Positions 1-10,632 of a stretch of DNA of 64,000 nt are shown one piece after another. The position numbers and the translations under genes are program-made. Source of the stretch: an uncultured Enterobacteriaceae bacterium (GTDB taxonomy: Bacteria > Pseudomonadota > Gammaproteobacteria > Burkholderiales > SG8-39); the NCBI GenBank assembly GCA_964393745.1, contig CAYMVA010000020.1, positions 2,467 to 66,466 on the forward strand. The letters are read 5' to 3'. Position 1 is the first letter of the stretch. Each line of letters opens with the position of its first letter. A model generated the notes under the pieces. That model was not told the DNA's origin, made no database searches, and was given only the letters and a program-made list of their open reading frames with translations.

Positions 1-257
1 GCGCCGAGCAGCGCGAGCGACAGGCGGTGCACCTTCTCGCCGATGGCGTCGTTGTCCTCGCCGAACTGGATCAGCTCGTTCAGCTTGCCTTCGAGCAGCC
101 GCACCTTCTCGCGCAGCGTCACGATCTGGCGCTCGGTGAGCGGGATGGCGCGCCCGCCGTGCGGATGCGGCACGTAGATCGATTCCAGCAGAGCCGGATT
201 CTGGTCGAAGAACTGCGGGTGGCTGCGGAGGAACTGCGCGACGTCGTCAGCGTTCAT
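1..257 (-). CDS. DUF484 (YigA-like) protein, 5' part only; gene runs off the window start
   Basis: Manual reverse-strand translation from ATG 257-255: MNADDVAQFLRSHPQFFDQNPALLESIYVPHPHGGRAIPLTERQIVTLREKV... resembles the YigA/DUF484 N-terminus. Its position directly downstream of dapF fits the usual dapF-DUF484-xerC order. Confidence 0.7.
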   Translation of the reverse strand, partial: MNADDVAQFLRSHPQFFDQNPALLESIYVPHPHGGRAIPLTERQIVTLREKVRLLEGKLNELIQFGEDNDAIGEKVHRLSLALLG

Positions 258-266
258 TGGAGCCTT

Positions 267-1067
267 CTAGAGATCGATCGAGCCGTCGAACACCGGCTCG
301 GCGGGGCCCTTCATCCAGACCGGATTGTCGCCGCCCGCCCAAGTGATGGTCAATGTTCCGCCGCGCGCCTGCACCGCGACCGGCGAATCGAGCATACCCC
401 TCAGGGTGCCCGCGACCACCGCGGCGCAGGCCCCGGTGCCACAGGCGAGCGTCTCGCCGGCGCCGCGCTCGAACACCCGCAACCGGATGCGATGCCGGTC
501 GAGCACCTGCATGTAGCCGGCGTTAACCCGGTCGGGAAAGCGCGCGTGGCGCTCGATCGCGGGGCCCTGGACCGCCACTGGCGCCGCATCCACGTCGGGC
601 ACGAGCTGGACCGCGTGCGGGTTGCCCATCGACACGAGCGCCAGCTCGACCGGCGCGCCGCCCACCTGGACGGTCTGCACCAGCGGCGATTCGGGCACCG
701 GCGCGCCCATGTTGACCGAGACTTCGCCGTCGCCCTCGAGCCGCGGCACGATGATCCCGCCCAGCGTCTCTACGCGCAGCTCGCGCTTGGCGCTCAGGCC
801 CCGTGCGTGAACGAACTTCACGAAGCAGCGCGCGCCGTTGCCGCATTGCTCGACTTCGCCGCCGTCGGCGTTGAAGATGCGGTAGTGGAAATCCACTCCC
901 GGTGCGCTCGGGCGCTCGACCACCAGGATCTGGTCGCAGCCGACGCCGAAGTGCCGGTCGGCGAGGCGCCGAATTTGCGCCGTATTGAGGCTGAAGGGCG
1001 AAGTCGTCGCATCGATGACCACGAAATCGTTGCCCGCGCCCTGCATCTTGGTGAAGGCGAGCTTCAT
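267..1067 (-). CDS. dapF: Diaminopimelate epimerase
   Basis: 266 aa starting [19 protein letters not shown]. Both catalytic-Cys contexts are present ([18 protein letters not shown]). Confidence 0.93.
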   Translation of the reverse strand: MKLAFTKMQGAGNDFVVIDATTSPFSLNTAQIRRLADRHFGVGCDQILVVERPSAPGVDFHYRIFNADGGEVEQCGNGARCFVKFVHARGLSAKRELRVETLGGIIVPRLEGDGEVSVNMGAPVPESPLVQTVQVGGAPVELALVSMGNPHAVQLVPDVDAAPVAVQGPAIERHARFPDRVNAGYMQVLDRHRIRLRVFERGAGETLACGTGACAAVVAGTLRGMLDSPVAVQARGGTLTITWAGGDNPVWMKGPAEPVFDGSIDL

Positions 1068-1107
1068 TGCATCAGCCTGTTAGAGAGCCGCACGCAGCGC
1101 TTTCACG

Positions 1108-1977
1108 TCAGCCGTAGAACCCCGGTTCCCCCGCGGGCCGGGTCTTGAAACGCTTGTGCATCCACAAATATTGCGCCGGCATCTCGGGCACCTTGCGCTC
1201 GATGTATTCGTTCATGCGGCGCGTGTCGGCGAGCGTGTCGCCGGTCGGGAAATCGCTCCACGGCGGCTCGATCGTCACCCGGTAGCCCGCGCCACCGGGC
1301 AGGATTCGCACCACGCAGGGCAGCACCTTCGCCCCGGTGATCTCGGCGATACGCGACAGCCCCGGCACGGTCGCCGCCGCAACGCCGAAGAACGGCACGA
1401 ACAGCGCATCGCGCGGACCGTAATCCTGATCCGGCAGGTAGTAAAGCGGGCGCCCTTCGCGCATGCCTGCGATCAGGGGCCGCACGCCTTCCTGGCGCGA
1501 GACCGCTTTCTGGTTGCCGAAGCGGTTGCGCCCCCGCCACAGCAGCCTGCCGAGCAGCAGGTCTTTCTGGTTGGCGTACATCCCCACCATGTCGAGCTCG
1601 CAGCACAGGCGGGTGAAGGCCGCATCCAGGCCGACGAAATGCGGCACGAACAGGATCGCCGGCGCGCCGCCGAGGGCGCGCACGTGCTCGAGGCCCTCGA
1701 CGCGCACGAGGCGCTCGATGCGCGCGCGCCGCGACCACCACAGCAGCGCGTGCTCCAGCACGCTGCGGCAGAAGACGCGGAAATGCGCCCGCGCCAGGCG
1801 CTCGCGCTCCTCGGGCGCCATGTGCGGAAAGCATTTCTTCAGGTTGACGCGCGTGACGCGCCGGCGCTCCGGCACCAGCCAGTAGAGCGCCGCTCCGAGC
1901 GCATTGCCGAGCGCAGCCAGTGCGCCGAGCGGCAGGAAGTGCGCCAGCCACAGCAGCGCCGCAGCCAGCCGGGTCAT
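1108..1977 (-). CDS. Lipid A biosynthesis late acyltransferase (LpxL/LpxM/HtrB family)
   Basis: 289 aa with an N-terminal TM helix and an H-x4-D motif (PHFVGLD). Start overlaps the stop of the upstream paralog by 4 nt. Confidence 0.85.
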   Translation of the reverse strand: MTRLAAALLWLAHFLPLGALAALGNALGAALYWLVPERRRVTRVNLKKCFPHMAPEERERLARAHFRVFCRSVLEHALLWWSRRARIERLVRVEGLEHVRALGGAPAILFVPHFVGLDAAFTRLCCELDMVGMYANQKDLLLGRLLWRGRNRFGNQKAVSRQEGVRPLIAGMREGRPLYYLPDQDYGPRDALFVPFFGVAAATVPGLSRIAEITGAKVLPCVVRILPGGAGYRVTIEPPWSDFPTGDTLADTRRMNEYIERKVPEMPAQYLWMHKRFKTRPAGEPGFYG

Positions 1978-2855
1978 GACAGGCGCTCATCTGCGCGCGG
2001 CATCGCTTTGGCGCCCTTCGGCGTCTTGTACCGGTTGTAGCCCCACAGATACTGCTCCGGCCGCATGCGCACCGCAGCCTCGATGGCGCGGTTGATGCGC
2101 CGCGTCGCCGGTTCCCCGGGGGACGGCTCGGGAGCCGGGCGAATGCGGATGGCGTAGCCGCGCCCGCGCGGCAGGCGCTCGGCAATCGCGACCAGGCACA
2201 CGGCGTCGGGGCGCGCGGCGAGCCCCGCCGCGAGCGTCATGCTGTAGGCGGGGCGGCCGAAGAACTCCGCCCACTCCCCCTCGCCCTCGCCCGGCACCTG
2301 GTCGGGGAGGATGCCGACGGCCTCGCGGCGCCTGAGCGCAGCGACCAGTTCGCGCACCCCCTGCATATCTGCCGAGGCAAGCCGCACGTTGTGCTGCGCG
2401 CGCCCCTCCTCCACCAGCGCATGTAGCCAGGCGAGCTTCGGTGCGCGGTACAGCGCGGTGATCGGAAAGTGCTCGGCCGCGAACTGCGGCGTGATCTCGA
2501 AGCAGCCCAGGTGCGGCGTCAGGAACACGATGCCCTTGCCGGCTGCGCGCGCCGCGTCGACGTGCTCCCGGCCGTCGAGCTCGCGCACCAGCGGCAGGGT
2601 CTCGGCGCGCGGCCGCAGCCAGATCTTGGGCGCTTCCAGCGCCATCTTGCCCGCCTCGGCAATCGCGGCGCGCCGCATGCGCGCATCGCTGTAGCCGGCC
2701 GACGCGAGATTGGCGCGCATATTGCGGCGGTAGGTGGCAGACAGCCCGTACACCAGCCAACCGAGCAGCGCGCCCAAGCCGTGCAGCAGCGGCAGCGGCA
2801 GGCGCGCCAGGAAATGCATCAGCGCGCGCATCGCGGCGCGGGCAAGAGAGCGCAA
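1974..2855 (-). CDS. Lipid A biosynthesis late acyltransferase (LpxL/LpxM/HtrB family), second paralog
   Basis: 293 aa with an N-terminal TM helix and an H-x4-E motif (PHLGCFE). Arranged in tandem with the 1108-1977 paralog. Confidence 0.85.
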   Translation of the reverse strand: MRSLARAAMRALMHFLARLPLPLLHGLGALLGWLVYGLSATYRRNMRANLASAGYSDARMRRAAIAEAGKMALEAPKIWLRPRAETLPLVRELDGREHVDAARAAGKGIVFLTPHLGCFEITPQFAAEHFPITALYRAPKLAWLHALVEEGRAQHNVRLASADMQGVRELVAALRRREAVGILPDQVPGEGEGEWAEFFGRPAYSMTLAAGLAARPDAVCLVAIAERLPRGRGYAIRIRPAPEPSPGEPATRRINRAIEAAVRMRPEQYLWGYNRYKTPKGAKAMPRADERLS

Positions 2856-2913
2856 ACGCTATTGGCGCAGGGCAATATTTGGTATCCTTGCAACCCTTTT
2901 TTCAGGCCAGCCC

Positions 2914-4071
2914 ATGAGCGAATTCCTGTTTACTTCCGAATCGGTTTCCGAGGGCCATCCGGACAAGGTTGCGGACCAGATATCCGACGCGGTGCTCGAC
3001 GCGATTCTAAGGCAGGACAAGACCTCGCGCGTCGCCGCCGAGACCCTGGTCAAGGACAACCTGGTGGTGCTGGCGGGCGAAATCACCACCCGCGCGCACG
3101 TCAACTACGACGAGGTCGCGCGCGAGACCATCAAGCGCATCGGCTACACCGACCCGAAGATCGGCTTCGATACGCATACCTGCACCGTGCTCGTGGCCTA
3201 CGGCCAGCAGTCGCCCAACATCGCGCAGGGCGTGGACGAGGGCAAGGGGCTCGATCTCGAGCAGGGCGCCGGCGACCAGGGCCTGATGTTCGGCTACGCC
3301 TGCGACGAGACGCCGAGCCTAATGCCGCTCCCGATCTACCTTGCGCACCGCCTGGTCGAGCGCCAGTCGGAGCTGCGGCGCGACGGCCGCATGCCGTGGT
3401 TGCGGCCCGACGCCAAGTCGCAGGTCACGGTGAGGTACGCCAACGGCCGGCCCGACGCGATCGAAACCGTGGTGCTCTCTACGCAGCACGCGCCCGGCAT
3501 GCAGCACAATCAGATCGAGGAACAGGTGATCGAGAACGTCATCAAGCCGGTGCTGCCCAAGAACCTGGTCAAGGGCAAGATCAAGTACCTGGTCAATCCC
3601 ACCGGCAGCTTCGAGATCGGCGGCCCCAAGGGCGACTGCGGCCTCACTGGCAGGAAGATCATCGTGGATACCTACGGCGGCTCGGCGCCGCACGGCGGCG
3701 GCGCGTTCTCCGGCAAGGACCCGTCCAAGGTGGACCGCTCGGCCGCTTACGCCGCGCGCTACGTGGCGAAGAACATCGTCGCCGCGGGCCTCGCCTCCAA
3801 ATGCCTGGTGCAGGTGTCCTACGCCATCGGCGTGGCGCAACCGACCAGCGTGATGGTGACCACCGAAGGCAGCGGCAAGATCTCCGACGACAAGCTCGCG
3901 GCGATGGTGCTGCGCAACTTCGACCTGCGGCCCAAGGGCATCATCCAGATGCTGGATCTGTTGCGCCCGATCTACGAGAAGACCGCCGCCTACGGCCACT
4001 TCGGCCGCGAAGAGCCCGAGTTCACCTGGGAAGCGACCGACAAGGCGCTCGCACTGAAGGCCGCCGCTTAG
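2914..4071 (+). CDS. metK: S-adenosylmethionine synthetase
   Basis: 385 aa from ATG 2914 ([32 protein letters not shown]...), the canonical MetK N-terminus. The ORF-track start at 2734 overlaps the divergent lpxL gene and is rejected. Confidence 0.95.
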   Translation: MSEFLFTSESVSEGHPDKVADQISDAVLDAILRQDKTSRVAAETLVKDNLVVLAGEITTRAHVNYDEVARETIKRIGYTDPKIGFDTHTCTVLVAYGQQSPNIAQGVDEGKGLDLEQGAGDQGLMFGYACDETPSLMPLPIYLAHRLVERQSELRRDGRMPWLRPDAKSQVTVRYANGRPDAIETVVLSTQHAPGMQHNQIEEQVIENVIKPVLPKNLVKGKIKYLVNPTGSFEIGGPKGDCGLTGRKIIVDTYGGSAPHGGGAFSGKDPSKVDRSAAYAARYVAKNIVAAGLASKCLVQVSYAIGVAQPTSVMVTTEGSGKISDDKLAAMVLRNFDLRPKGIIQMLDLLRPIYEKTAAYGHFGREEPEFTWEATDKALALKAAA

Positions 4072-4087
4072 GGCGCGGCAAGGGCAA

Positions 4088-4110
4088 ACTGTAAAGTCAG
4101 ACTTTACAGT
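4088..4110. repeat. AT-rich perfect palindrome, family copy 1 (ACTGTAAAGTCAGACTTTACAGT)
   Basis: 9-bp arms with a 5-nt loop, read directly. Lies between the convergent stops of metK (4071) and the 4120 gene. Confidence 0.9.
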
Positions 4111-4119
4111 CAGGCGCCG

Positions 4120-4467
4120 CTACATCAGCTTGCGCAGCACATGGCGGCGGTTGCGAGTGTAGGGCCGCACCTCGGCCGGCCAGCGCCCCGCGTCCACCGC
4201 CTTGGCCCAAGCGTCGCTCGTCAGCACCGCCGGGCTCTCCAGTTCGTAGACCGCGCTGTAGCGCGGCTCACCCTCGGCGACGATGGTTTTCTTCTCGCCG
4301 CCCATCACCATGGTGAGCGGCTCGCTCACGTAGCGCCGCGCCGAAACCACGCCCGGGACTTTAAGGATCAGCGGGATGTGCTCGCGGTCGTAGACCTCGT
4401 TGAACAGCGCCTCCTTGTCGGGGTCGATGTCCATGCTGGCGGTAAAAAGGTATCGGGCGGCGGCCAT
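4120..4467 (-). CDS. Small hypothetical alpha+beta protein (DUF4286/EthD-like)
   Basis: 115 aa from ATG 4467 (MAAARYLFTASMDIDPDKEALFNEVYDREHIPLILKVPG...), with AGGAAA 5 nt upstream. The longer start at 4539 would run into the SAH riboswitch. Family assignment is from memory only. Confidence 0.55.
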   Translation of the reverse strand: MAAARYLFTASMDIDPDKEALFNEVYDREHIPLILKVPGVVSARRYVSEPLTMVMGGEKKTIVAEGEPRYSAVYELESPAVLTSDAWAKAVDAGRWPAEVRPYTRNRRHVLRKLM

Positions 4468-4507
4468 CGGCTTTCCTTGGCTGTGGGGGAAGGCGTAAAA
4501 TAGCCGC

Positions 4508-4593
4508 CACCTGAGGAGCGCTGCAACCCCTGATTGCAATTCAAGCGGCAGACGGGGCCAGGCTCAGGTTTCCTGATGCAACGGCGCTCACCC
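4508..4593 (+). promoter_or_regulatory. SAH riboswitch (S-adenosylhomocysteine-sensing leader of ahcY)
   Basis: CCTGAGGAGCGCTGCAACCCC...GGGGCCAGGCTCAGG...GCAACGGCGCTCACCC carries the conserved SAH-element blocks (GAGGAGCGCUGC, CAGGCUC, AACGGCGCUCAC). It sits about 55 nt upstream of ahcY, the classical betaproteobacterial location. An alternative hairpin GCTCACCC/GGGTGAGC lies at 4586-4609. Confidence 0.85.
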
Positions 4594-4647
4594 GAAGTGT
4601 TGGGTGAGCTTGCCCGGCACGGCGGGTCTTTCGAGAAGGAGTGAAAG

Positions 4648-6081
<1,434 letters not shown>

Positions 6082-6095
6082 GAAGCGAGGCGCAC

Positions 6096-6437
6096 ATGGC
6101 AAAGCTGCTGCTGGTCTGGTTGATCAACGCGGTCGCGCTGCTGGCGGTCGCGTACCTGGTGCCCTCGATCAGCGTGGATAGCTTCACCACCGCCCTGGTC
6201 GCGGCGCTGGTCCTCGGCTTGATGAACACCATCGTGCGGCCAGTGCTGGTGCTGCTGACGCTGCCGGTGACGCTGCTCACGCTGGGCTTGTTCATCCTGG
6301 TCATCAACGGCCTGCTTTTCTGGTTGGTCGGCTCGTTCATCGAGGGCTTCGTGGTCGGCGGCTTCTGGGCCGGCTTGCTCGGCGCCGTCGTCTACAGCTT
6401 GATCTCCTGGGCCATGTCGGCCCTCGTCCTCAAGTAG
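6096..6437 (+). CDS. Phage-holin-4_2/DUF360 family small membrane protein (YvlD-like)
   Basis: 113 aa with 3-4 TM helices. The position directly after ahcY is typical for betaproteobacteria. Confidence 0.75.
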   Translation: MAKLLLVWLINAVALLAVAYLVPSISVDSFTTALVAALVLGLMNTIVRPVLVLLTLPVTLLTLGLFILVINGLLFWLVGSFIEGFVVGGFWAGLLGAVVYSLISWAMSALVLK

Positions 6438-6462
6438 CAAATCCAAATCTCCGGAGGCAGGC

Positions 6463-7380
6463 ATGCGCATCGCGGTGATGGGCGCGGGCGGCGTCGGCGG
6501 CTATTTCGGCGCCCGGCTCGCGCAAGCCGGCAATGAAGTGACTTTCATCGCGCGCGGGCGGCACCTCGAGGCGCTGCGCGCCAAGGGCCTGACGCTCAAG
6601 AGCCCGCTTGGCGACGCCGCGCTCAAGGTGCGCGCGGTGGAAAACCCGGCTGACGCCGGCGCCGCCGACGTGGTGCTGTTCGCGGTCAAGCTCTGGGACA
6701 CCGAGAGCGCGGCGCAGCAGGTGCGCCCGCTCCTCGAAGCGGGCGGCGTGGTGATCCCGTTCCAGAACGGCGTCGAGTCGATCGGGCGCATCGGCGCAGT
6801 GCTCGGGCCGGAGCGCGTCATGGGCGGCGCGGCCTACATCGCTGGGCGCATCGCCGAGCCGGGCGTGATCGTGCAGACCGGCCAGATGGCGCGGCTGCGC
6901 TTCGGCCCGGTGCTGCCGGCGCAACGCCAGGCGGCGCAAGCGTTCCACGCCGCGTGCCGCGCGGCCAACGTCGATTGCGAGCTGAGCGACGACATCGTGC
7001 GCGTGCTGTGGGAGAAGTTCGTGCTGCTGGCGGCGATCGCGGGCACCACCACGGTCACGCGCCACCCGGTAGGTGTGGTGCGCGCCGACCCCGACATGCG
7101 CTGGCTGCTGGAAGCGGCGATGCGCGAGACCTGGCAGGTCGGAAGGAAGCGCGGCGTCGCGCTCGCCGACGACCTCGTGGAGAAGACCATGACGTTCGTG
7201 GACGGCCTGCCGCACGAGATGAAATCCTCGATGCTCGGCGACCTGGAGGCCGGCGGACGGCTGGAGGCACCGTGGCTTTCGGGAGCGGTGGCGCGTATGG
7301 CGCGCGAGGCCGGCATCGAAGCGCCCGTGAGCCGCGCGCTCTACGCCGCGCTCAAGCCGTTCATAGACGGCAAGCGATAG
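6463..7380 (+). CDS. panE: 2-dehydropantoate 2-reductase (ApbA/PanE family)
   Basis: 305 aa starting MRIAVMGAGGVGGYFGARLAQAGNEVTFIARG (Rossmann motif), with a PanE-type C-terminal domain. Confidence 0.8.
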   Translation: MRIAVMGAGGVGGYFGARLAQAGNEVTFIARGRHLEALRAKGLTLKSPLGDAALKVRAVENPADAGAADVVLFAVKLWDTESAAQQVRPLLEAGGVVIPFQNGVESIGRIGAVLGPERVMGGAAYIAGRIAEPGVIVQTGQMARLRFGPVLPAQRQAAQAFHAACRAANVDCELSDDIVRVLWEKFVLLAAIAGTTTVTRHPVGVVRADPDMRWLLEAAMRETWQVGRKRGVALADDLVEKTMTFVDGLPHEMKSSMLGDLEAGGRLEAPWLSGAVARMAREAGIEAPVSRALYAALKPFIDGKR

Positions 7381-7382
7381 CT

Positions 7383-8312
7383 TTGGCCCTCAGGGAAAAG
7401 CTGCTCGATCCGCGCCAGCGGGTGCTGCTGTACGGCACCACGCCGCCGCGCGCCGGCGCGCCGGAAAACGCGGTGCAGGACGCGGCCGCCAAGCTCGCCG
7501 CCCGCCTCGCCGCGCTGCCGCTCGACGGCGTGGTGGTCTACGACATCCAGGACGAGTCCGGCCGCACGCAGCATCCGCGGCCGTTCGCGTTCAGCGGCAC
7601 GGTCGATCCGCGCAGCTATTCGCGGCTGCTGCGGCAACACACGGGCAAATCCGCGATCACCTACAAGTGCGTAGGTGAGCTGGATGAAACGGCGTGGCGC
7701 GCCTGGCTCGCCGAATCGGTGCGCGATTACGGCGTGGAGTTCGTTTCGGTGGTCGGCCGTCCTACCTCGGGCGTGCGCTATCCGCTGCCGCTTTCGCGCG
7801 CCATACGCCTCGCCGCGGCCGAGCCCGGGCTGAACGTCGGCGGCGTGGCCATCGCCGAACGCCATACAGACCTACGAAGTGAAGCCGCTCGCCTGCTCGC
7901 CAAGGGCATCGAGGGCTGCGCCTATTTCATCTCCCAGACCGTTTACCAGGCCGGTGCGAGCGAGCGGCTGCTCGCCGATTACGCGCGCGACTGCCGCGGG
8001 GCCGGTGTAGCGCCGCGCCGCATGGTGCTGACGTTTTCCCCCGTCGGCAGCGAAAAGACGCTCGCGTTCCTGCAATGGCTCGGCGTCAACGTGCCGCCCG
8101 AGGCCGCGCGCGCCATCCTCGGTGCCGCCAATCCGCTCGCGAAATCGATCGAGATCTGCCGCGACAACCTGCGCCGCATTCTGGCGCACGGCTATGCGAG
8201 CGAAATTCCGCTCGGCATCAATGTAGAGAGCGTCTCCATCCGGCGCGACGAGATCGACGCCTCCGTGGATCTGTTCCACGCGCTGCACGAGGTGCTGGGC
8301 GCGGCCGCATGA
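7383..8312 (+). CDS. Divergent methylenetetrahydrofolate reductase (MTHFR/MetF) family protein
   Basis: The frame is open from 6954 but overlaps panE. The first plausible start is TTG 7383 (alternative GTG 7422). Blocks align to E. coli MetF: VLLYGTTPPR~VSFEFFPPRT, GVAIAERH~VAAYPEVH, AYFISQTVYQ~RAITQFFFD, VLTFSPVG~IIPGILPV. The stop overlaps the next start (ATGA at 8309-8312). Confidence 0.65.
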   Translation: MALREKLLDPRQRVLLYGTTPPRAGAPENAVQDAAAKLAARLAALPLDGVVVYDIQDESGRTQHPRPFAFSGTVDPRSYSRLLRQHTGKSAITYKCVGELDETAWRAWLAESVRDYGVEFVSVVGRPTSGVRYPLPLSRAIRLAAAEPGLNVGGVAIAERHTDLRSEAARLLAKGIEGCAYFISQTVYQAGASERLLADYARDCRGAGVAPRRMVLTFSPVGSEKTLAFLQWLGVNVPPEAARAILGAANPLAKSIEICRDNLRRILAHGYASEIPLGINVESVSIRRDEIDASVDLFHALHEVLGAAA

Positions 8313-10135
8313 AAGTGCCGCGGCAGCTTGCGCTGTTCGCCTTGCTGGCGCTCGCCGCCGCAGCGCTCGAAGTGTTCGGCCTGCGCCTGCTCGCGCCGCT
8401 GGAGAACCGCCTGCTCGATGCCTTCGTGCGTGTGCACGCCATGCGCCTCGCACCCGATCCCGACCTGGTGATCGTGGACATCGACGACAAGAGCCTGGCG
8501 AAAATGCAGGAGGTCGCGGGCAGCTGGCCGTGGCCGCGCGCAGTGCATGCCGAGCTGCTCGAAGGGCTGGCGGCGCAGCAGCCGCGCGCGGTGGTGTTCG
8601 ACATCCTGTTCGCCGAGGCGGACAAGTTCCGCCCGGAAAGCGACGCCCTGTTCGCCGAGGCCGCGACGCGCCACCGCCACAGCTACTTCCCGATGGTGCG
8701 CCTGCCGCCGCGCGACGATGCCAACTTTCCGCCGGTGGAGAAACTCGCCGCGCAGCTCGGCCTGGTGGCGCGGCCCGGGGCCGACCCCAAAGCGCGCATC
8801 GCGCTGCTGCCGCCGCTGGTGCTGCCGCCCGAGGCGTGGCGCACCGGCACCATCAACTTCCTCGAGGACGCGGACGGCGTCGGCCGGCGTTACGGCCTGC
8901 GCACCCTGGCGCACGGCTGGGAAGTGCCGTCGCTGCCGGCTCGCGTGGCGCGCGATTTCAGCTGGCAAATTCCCGACGCCGACGACATCGAACTCGCCTG
9001 GCGCGGCCCCAAGGGGTCGTTCCGCCACGTCTCCTACGCCGACCTGTACGACGATTTCAACCGCTCGAGGCGCCAGCGGCCTCAGGACGAGTTCCACGGC
9101 AAGATCGTACTCGTAGGCACCGCCGCAACCGCGCTGCAGGACCTGCGCGTGACGCCGATCGACAGCCTGCATCCCGGCGTCGAGATCCTCGCCACCGCCC
9201 TCGACAACCTGAAGAACGGCCGCACGATGCAGCGCGCCGCGCCCGCAGTGCCGGCCGCGGTCGCGCTCGCCCTGATTGCGCTGCTCGCTTGGGCTTTTGC
9301 GCGCAACGTGGACGCGAACCGCACCGGTTTTGCGATGATCGCTGCCAGCCTCGCGCTGCTCGCGGCGAGCTGGTATGCGGCCGGCGAGTTGCTGCTCGCG
9401 CCGCTGCTGGCGCCGCTTGCCGCGGCGTGGGTGTTCTACTTCGCCGCTGCGGCGGCGGCCTATCTTCGCGAGCGGCGCGAGCGCCAGGAAGCGATCGCGC
9501 TGTTTTCGCGCTTCGTCAATCCGCACGTGGTGAAGCAGCTGCTGGAGCGCGGCGGCCTGGAGGGCGCCGGGCAGACGCGCGAGGTGACGCTGCTGTTTTC
9601 CGACATCCGCGGCTTCACCACCTTGTCGGAGTCGCGCCCGCCGCAGGAAGTGGTGGCGCTGCTGAACCGCTATTTTTCACTTCAGGTGGACGTGGTGTTC
9701 CGCCACGGCGGGTCACTGGACAAGTTCATCGGCGACGCCATCATGGCGTTCTGGGGGGCGCCGCTCGACGACCCGCATCACGCCAGGAACTCGGTCGCCT
9801 GCGCCCTCGACATGGCGGACACGCTGCAGGCCTTCAAGGCCGAGCTCGGCCAACCGGGCGCGTTGTTCGACGTCGGCATCGGCATCCACTCGGGCCCGGC
9901 GGTGGTGGGCCTGATCGGCTCGGAGAAGCGCCGCGAGTACACCGCGATCGGCGATACCGTGAACCTTGCGAGCCGCATCGAAGGCCTCACCAAGGAGGCC
10001 GGGCGCCGCATCCTGGTGTCGCGCGAAACCATGCTGCTGTGCGGCGACGCTTTCGAGTTCGTGTCCTGCGGCAACTTCACCGCCAAGGGCCGCGCCCAGG
10101 GCGTAGAATTATTCGAGCCCCGAAGGAAAGCATGA
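8309..10135 (+). CDS. CHASE2 sensor domain-containing class III adenylate/guanylate cyclase
   Basis: 608 aa from ATG 8309. Architecture: N-terminal TM, CHASE2-like periplasmic region (VIVDIDDKSL...WPWPR...VVFDILF), three TM helices, then the cyclase domain (LLFSDIRGFT...KFIGDAIMAFWG...IGDTVNLASRIE). Confidence 0.88.
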   Translation: MKVPRQLALFALLALAAAALEVFGLRLLAPLENRLLDAFVRVHAMRLAPDPDLVIVDIDDKSLAKMQEVAGSWPWPRAVHAELLEGLAAQQPRAVVFDILFAEADKFRPESDALFAEAATRHRHSYFPMVRLPPRDDANFPPVEKLAAQLGLVARPGADPKARIALLPPLVLPPEAWRTGTINFLEDADGVGRRYGLRTLAHGWEVPSLPARVARDFSWQIPDADDIELAWRGPKGSFRHVSYADLYDDFNRSRRQRPQDEFHGKIVLVGTAATALQDLRVTPIDSLHPGVEILATALDNLKNGRTMQRAAPAVPAAVALALIALLAWAFARNVDANRTGFAMIAASLALLAASWYAAGELLLAPLLAPLAAAWVFYFAAAAAAYLRERRERQEAIALFSRFVNPHVVKQLLERGGLEGAGQTREVTLLFSDIRGFTTLSESRPPQEVVALLNRYFSLQVDVVFRHGGSLDKFIGDAIMAFWGAPLDDPHHARNSVACALDMADTLQAFKAELGQPGALFDVGIGIHSGPAVVGLIGSEKRREYTAIGDTVNLASRIEGLTKEAGRRILVSRETMLLCGDAFEFVSCGNFTAKGRAQGVELFEPRRKA

Positions 10136-10632
10136 GAACGCTCGCGGCATCCCTCCTCGCAGCATCGATCCTCGTTCCCGCGCCGTGCTTGGCCGAGCCC
10201 GCGACCGTGATCCGCGCCACCGAGCTGAAGAAAGACCCGGCGACCGATGCGCCCACGGTGGCGCCGCTGGCGGAAAAAGCGAAGGTCGACGCGCTGGAGA
10301 GAAAAGGCGGCTGGACGCGCATCAAGACCGAGGCCGGCGCCGAGGGCTGGGTGAAGATGCTCGCGCTGCGCTACGCCGGCACGGGCGAGACCAAGCAGGG
10401 CGACAGCGGCGTCGCGCAGGCGCTCAACATCGCGCGCGGCGGCACCAGCGGCGCGCAAGCCACCACCGGAGTGCGCGGGCTCGACCCGGAGCAGCTCGCC
10501 AACGCGCGTCCCAACCCCGCGGAGCTGAAGAAAATGGAAGGCTTCGCGGTGAGCAAGGAAAGCGCCGCCGGTTTTGCCGCCAACGCCAGCCTGCAACCCA
10601 AGAGCATCGCCTATCCGAAGGAGGGCGGATGA
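10132..10632 (+). CDS. Secreted bacterial SH3 (SH3b)-domain protein
   Basis: 166 aa with signal peptide MRTLAASLLAASILVPAPCLA. SH3b-like block ATELKKDPATDAPTVAPLAEKAKVDALERKGGWTRIKTEAGAEGWVKM. ATGA overlaps at both ends. Confidence 0.7.
   Translation: MRTLAASLLAASILVPAPCLAEPATVIRATELKKDPATDAPTVAPLAEKAKVDALERKGGWTRIKTEAGAEGWVKMLALRYAGTGETKQGDSGVAQALNIARGGTSGAQATTGVRGLDPEQLANARPNPAELKKMEGFAVSKESAAGFAANASLQPKSIAYPKEGG

Noticed and set aside
27-1148. 373-aa plus-strand ORF covering the dapF region
   Set aside because: It is antisense to a canonical DapF and to the DUF484 gene. The composition is low complexity (R/A/H/D-rich) and no family resemblance was seen.
8530-10632. 700-aa plus-strand ORF overlapping the CHASE2 cyclase in another frame
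   Set aside because: Only its last 166 codons (from ATG 10132) form a sensible signal-peptide SH3b protein. The remainder is an Arg/Ala/Gly-rich alternative frame of the cyclase gene.
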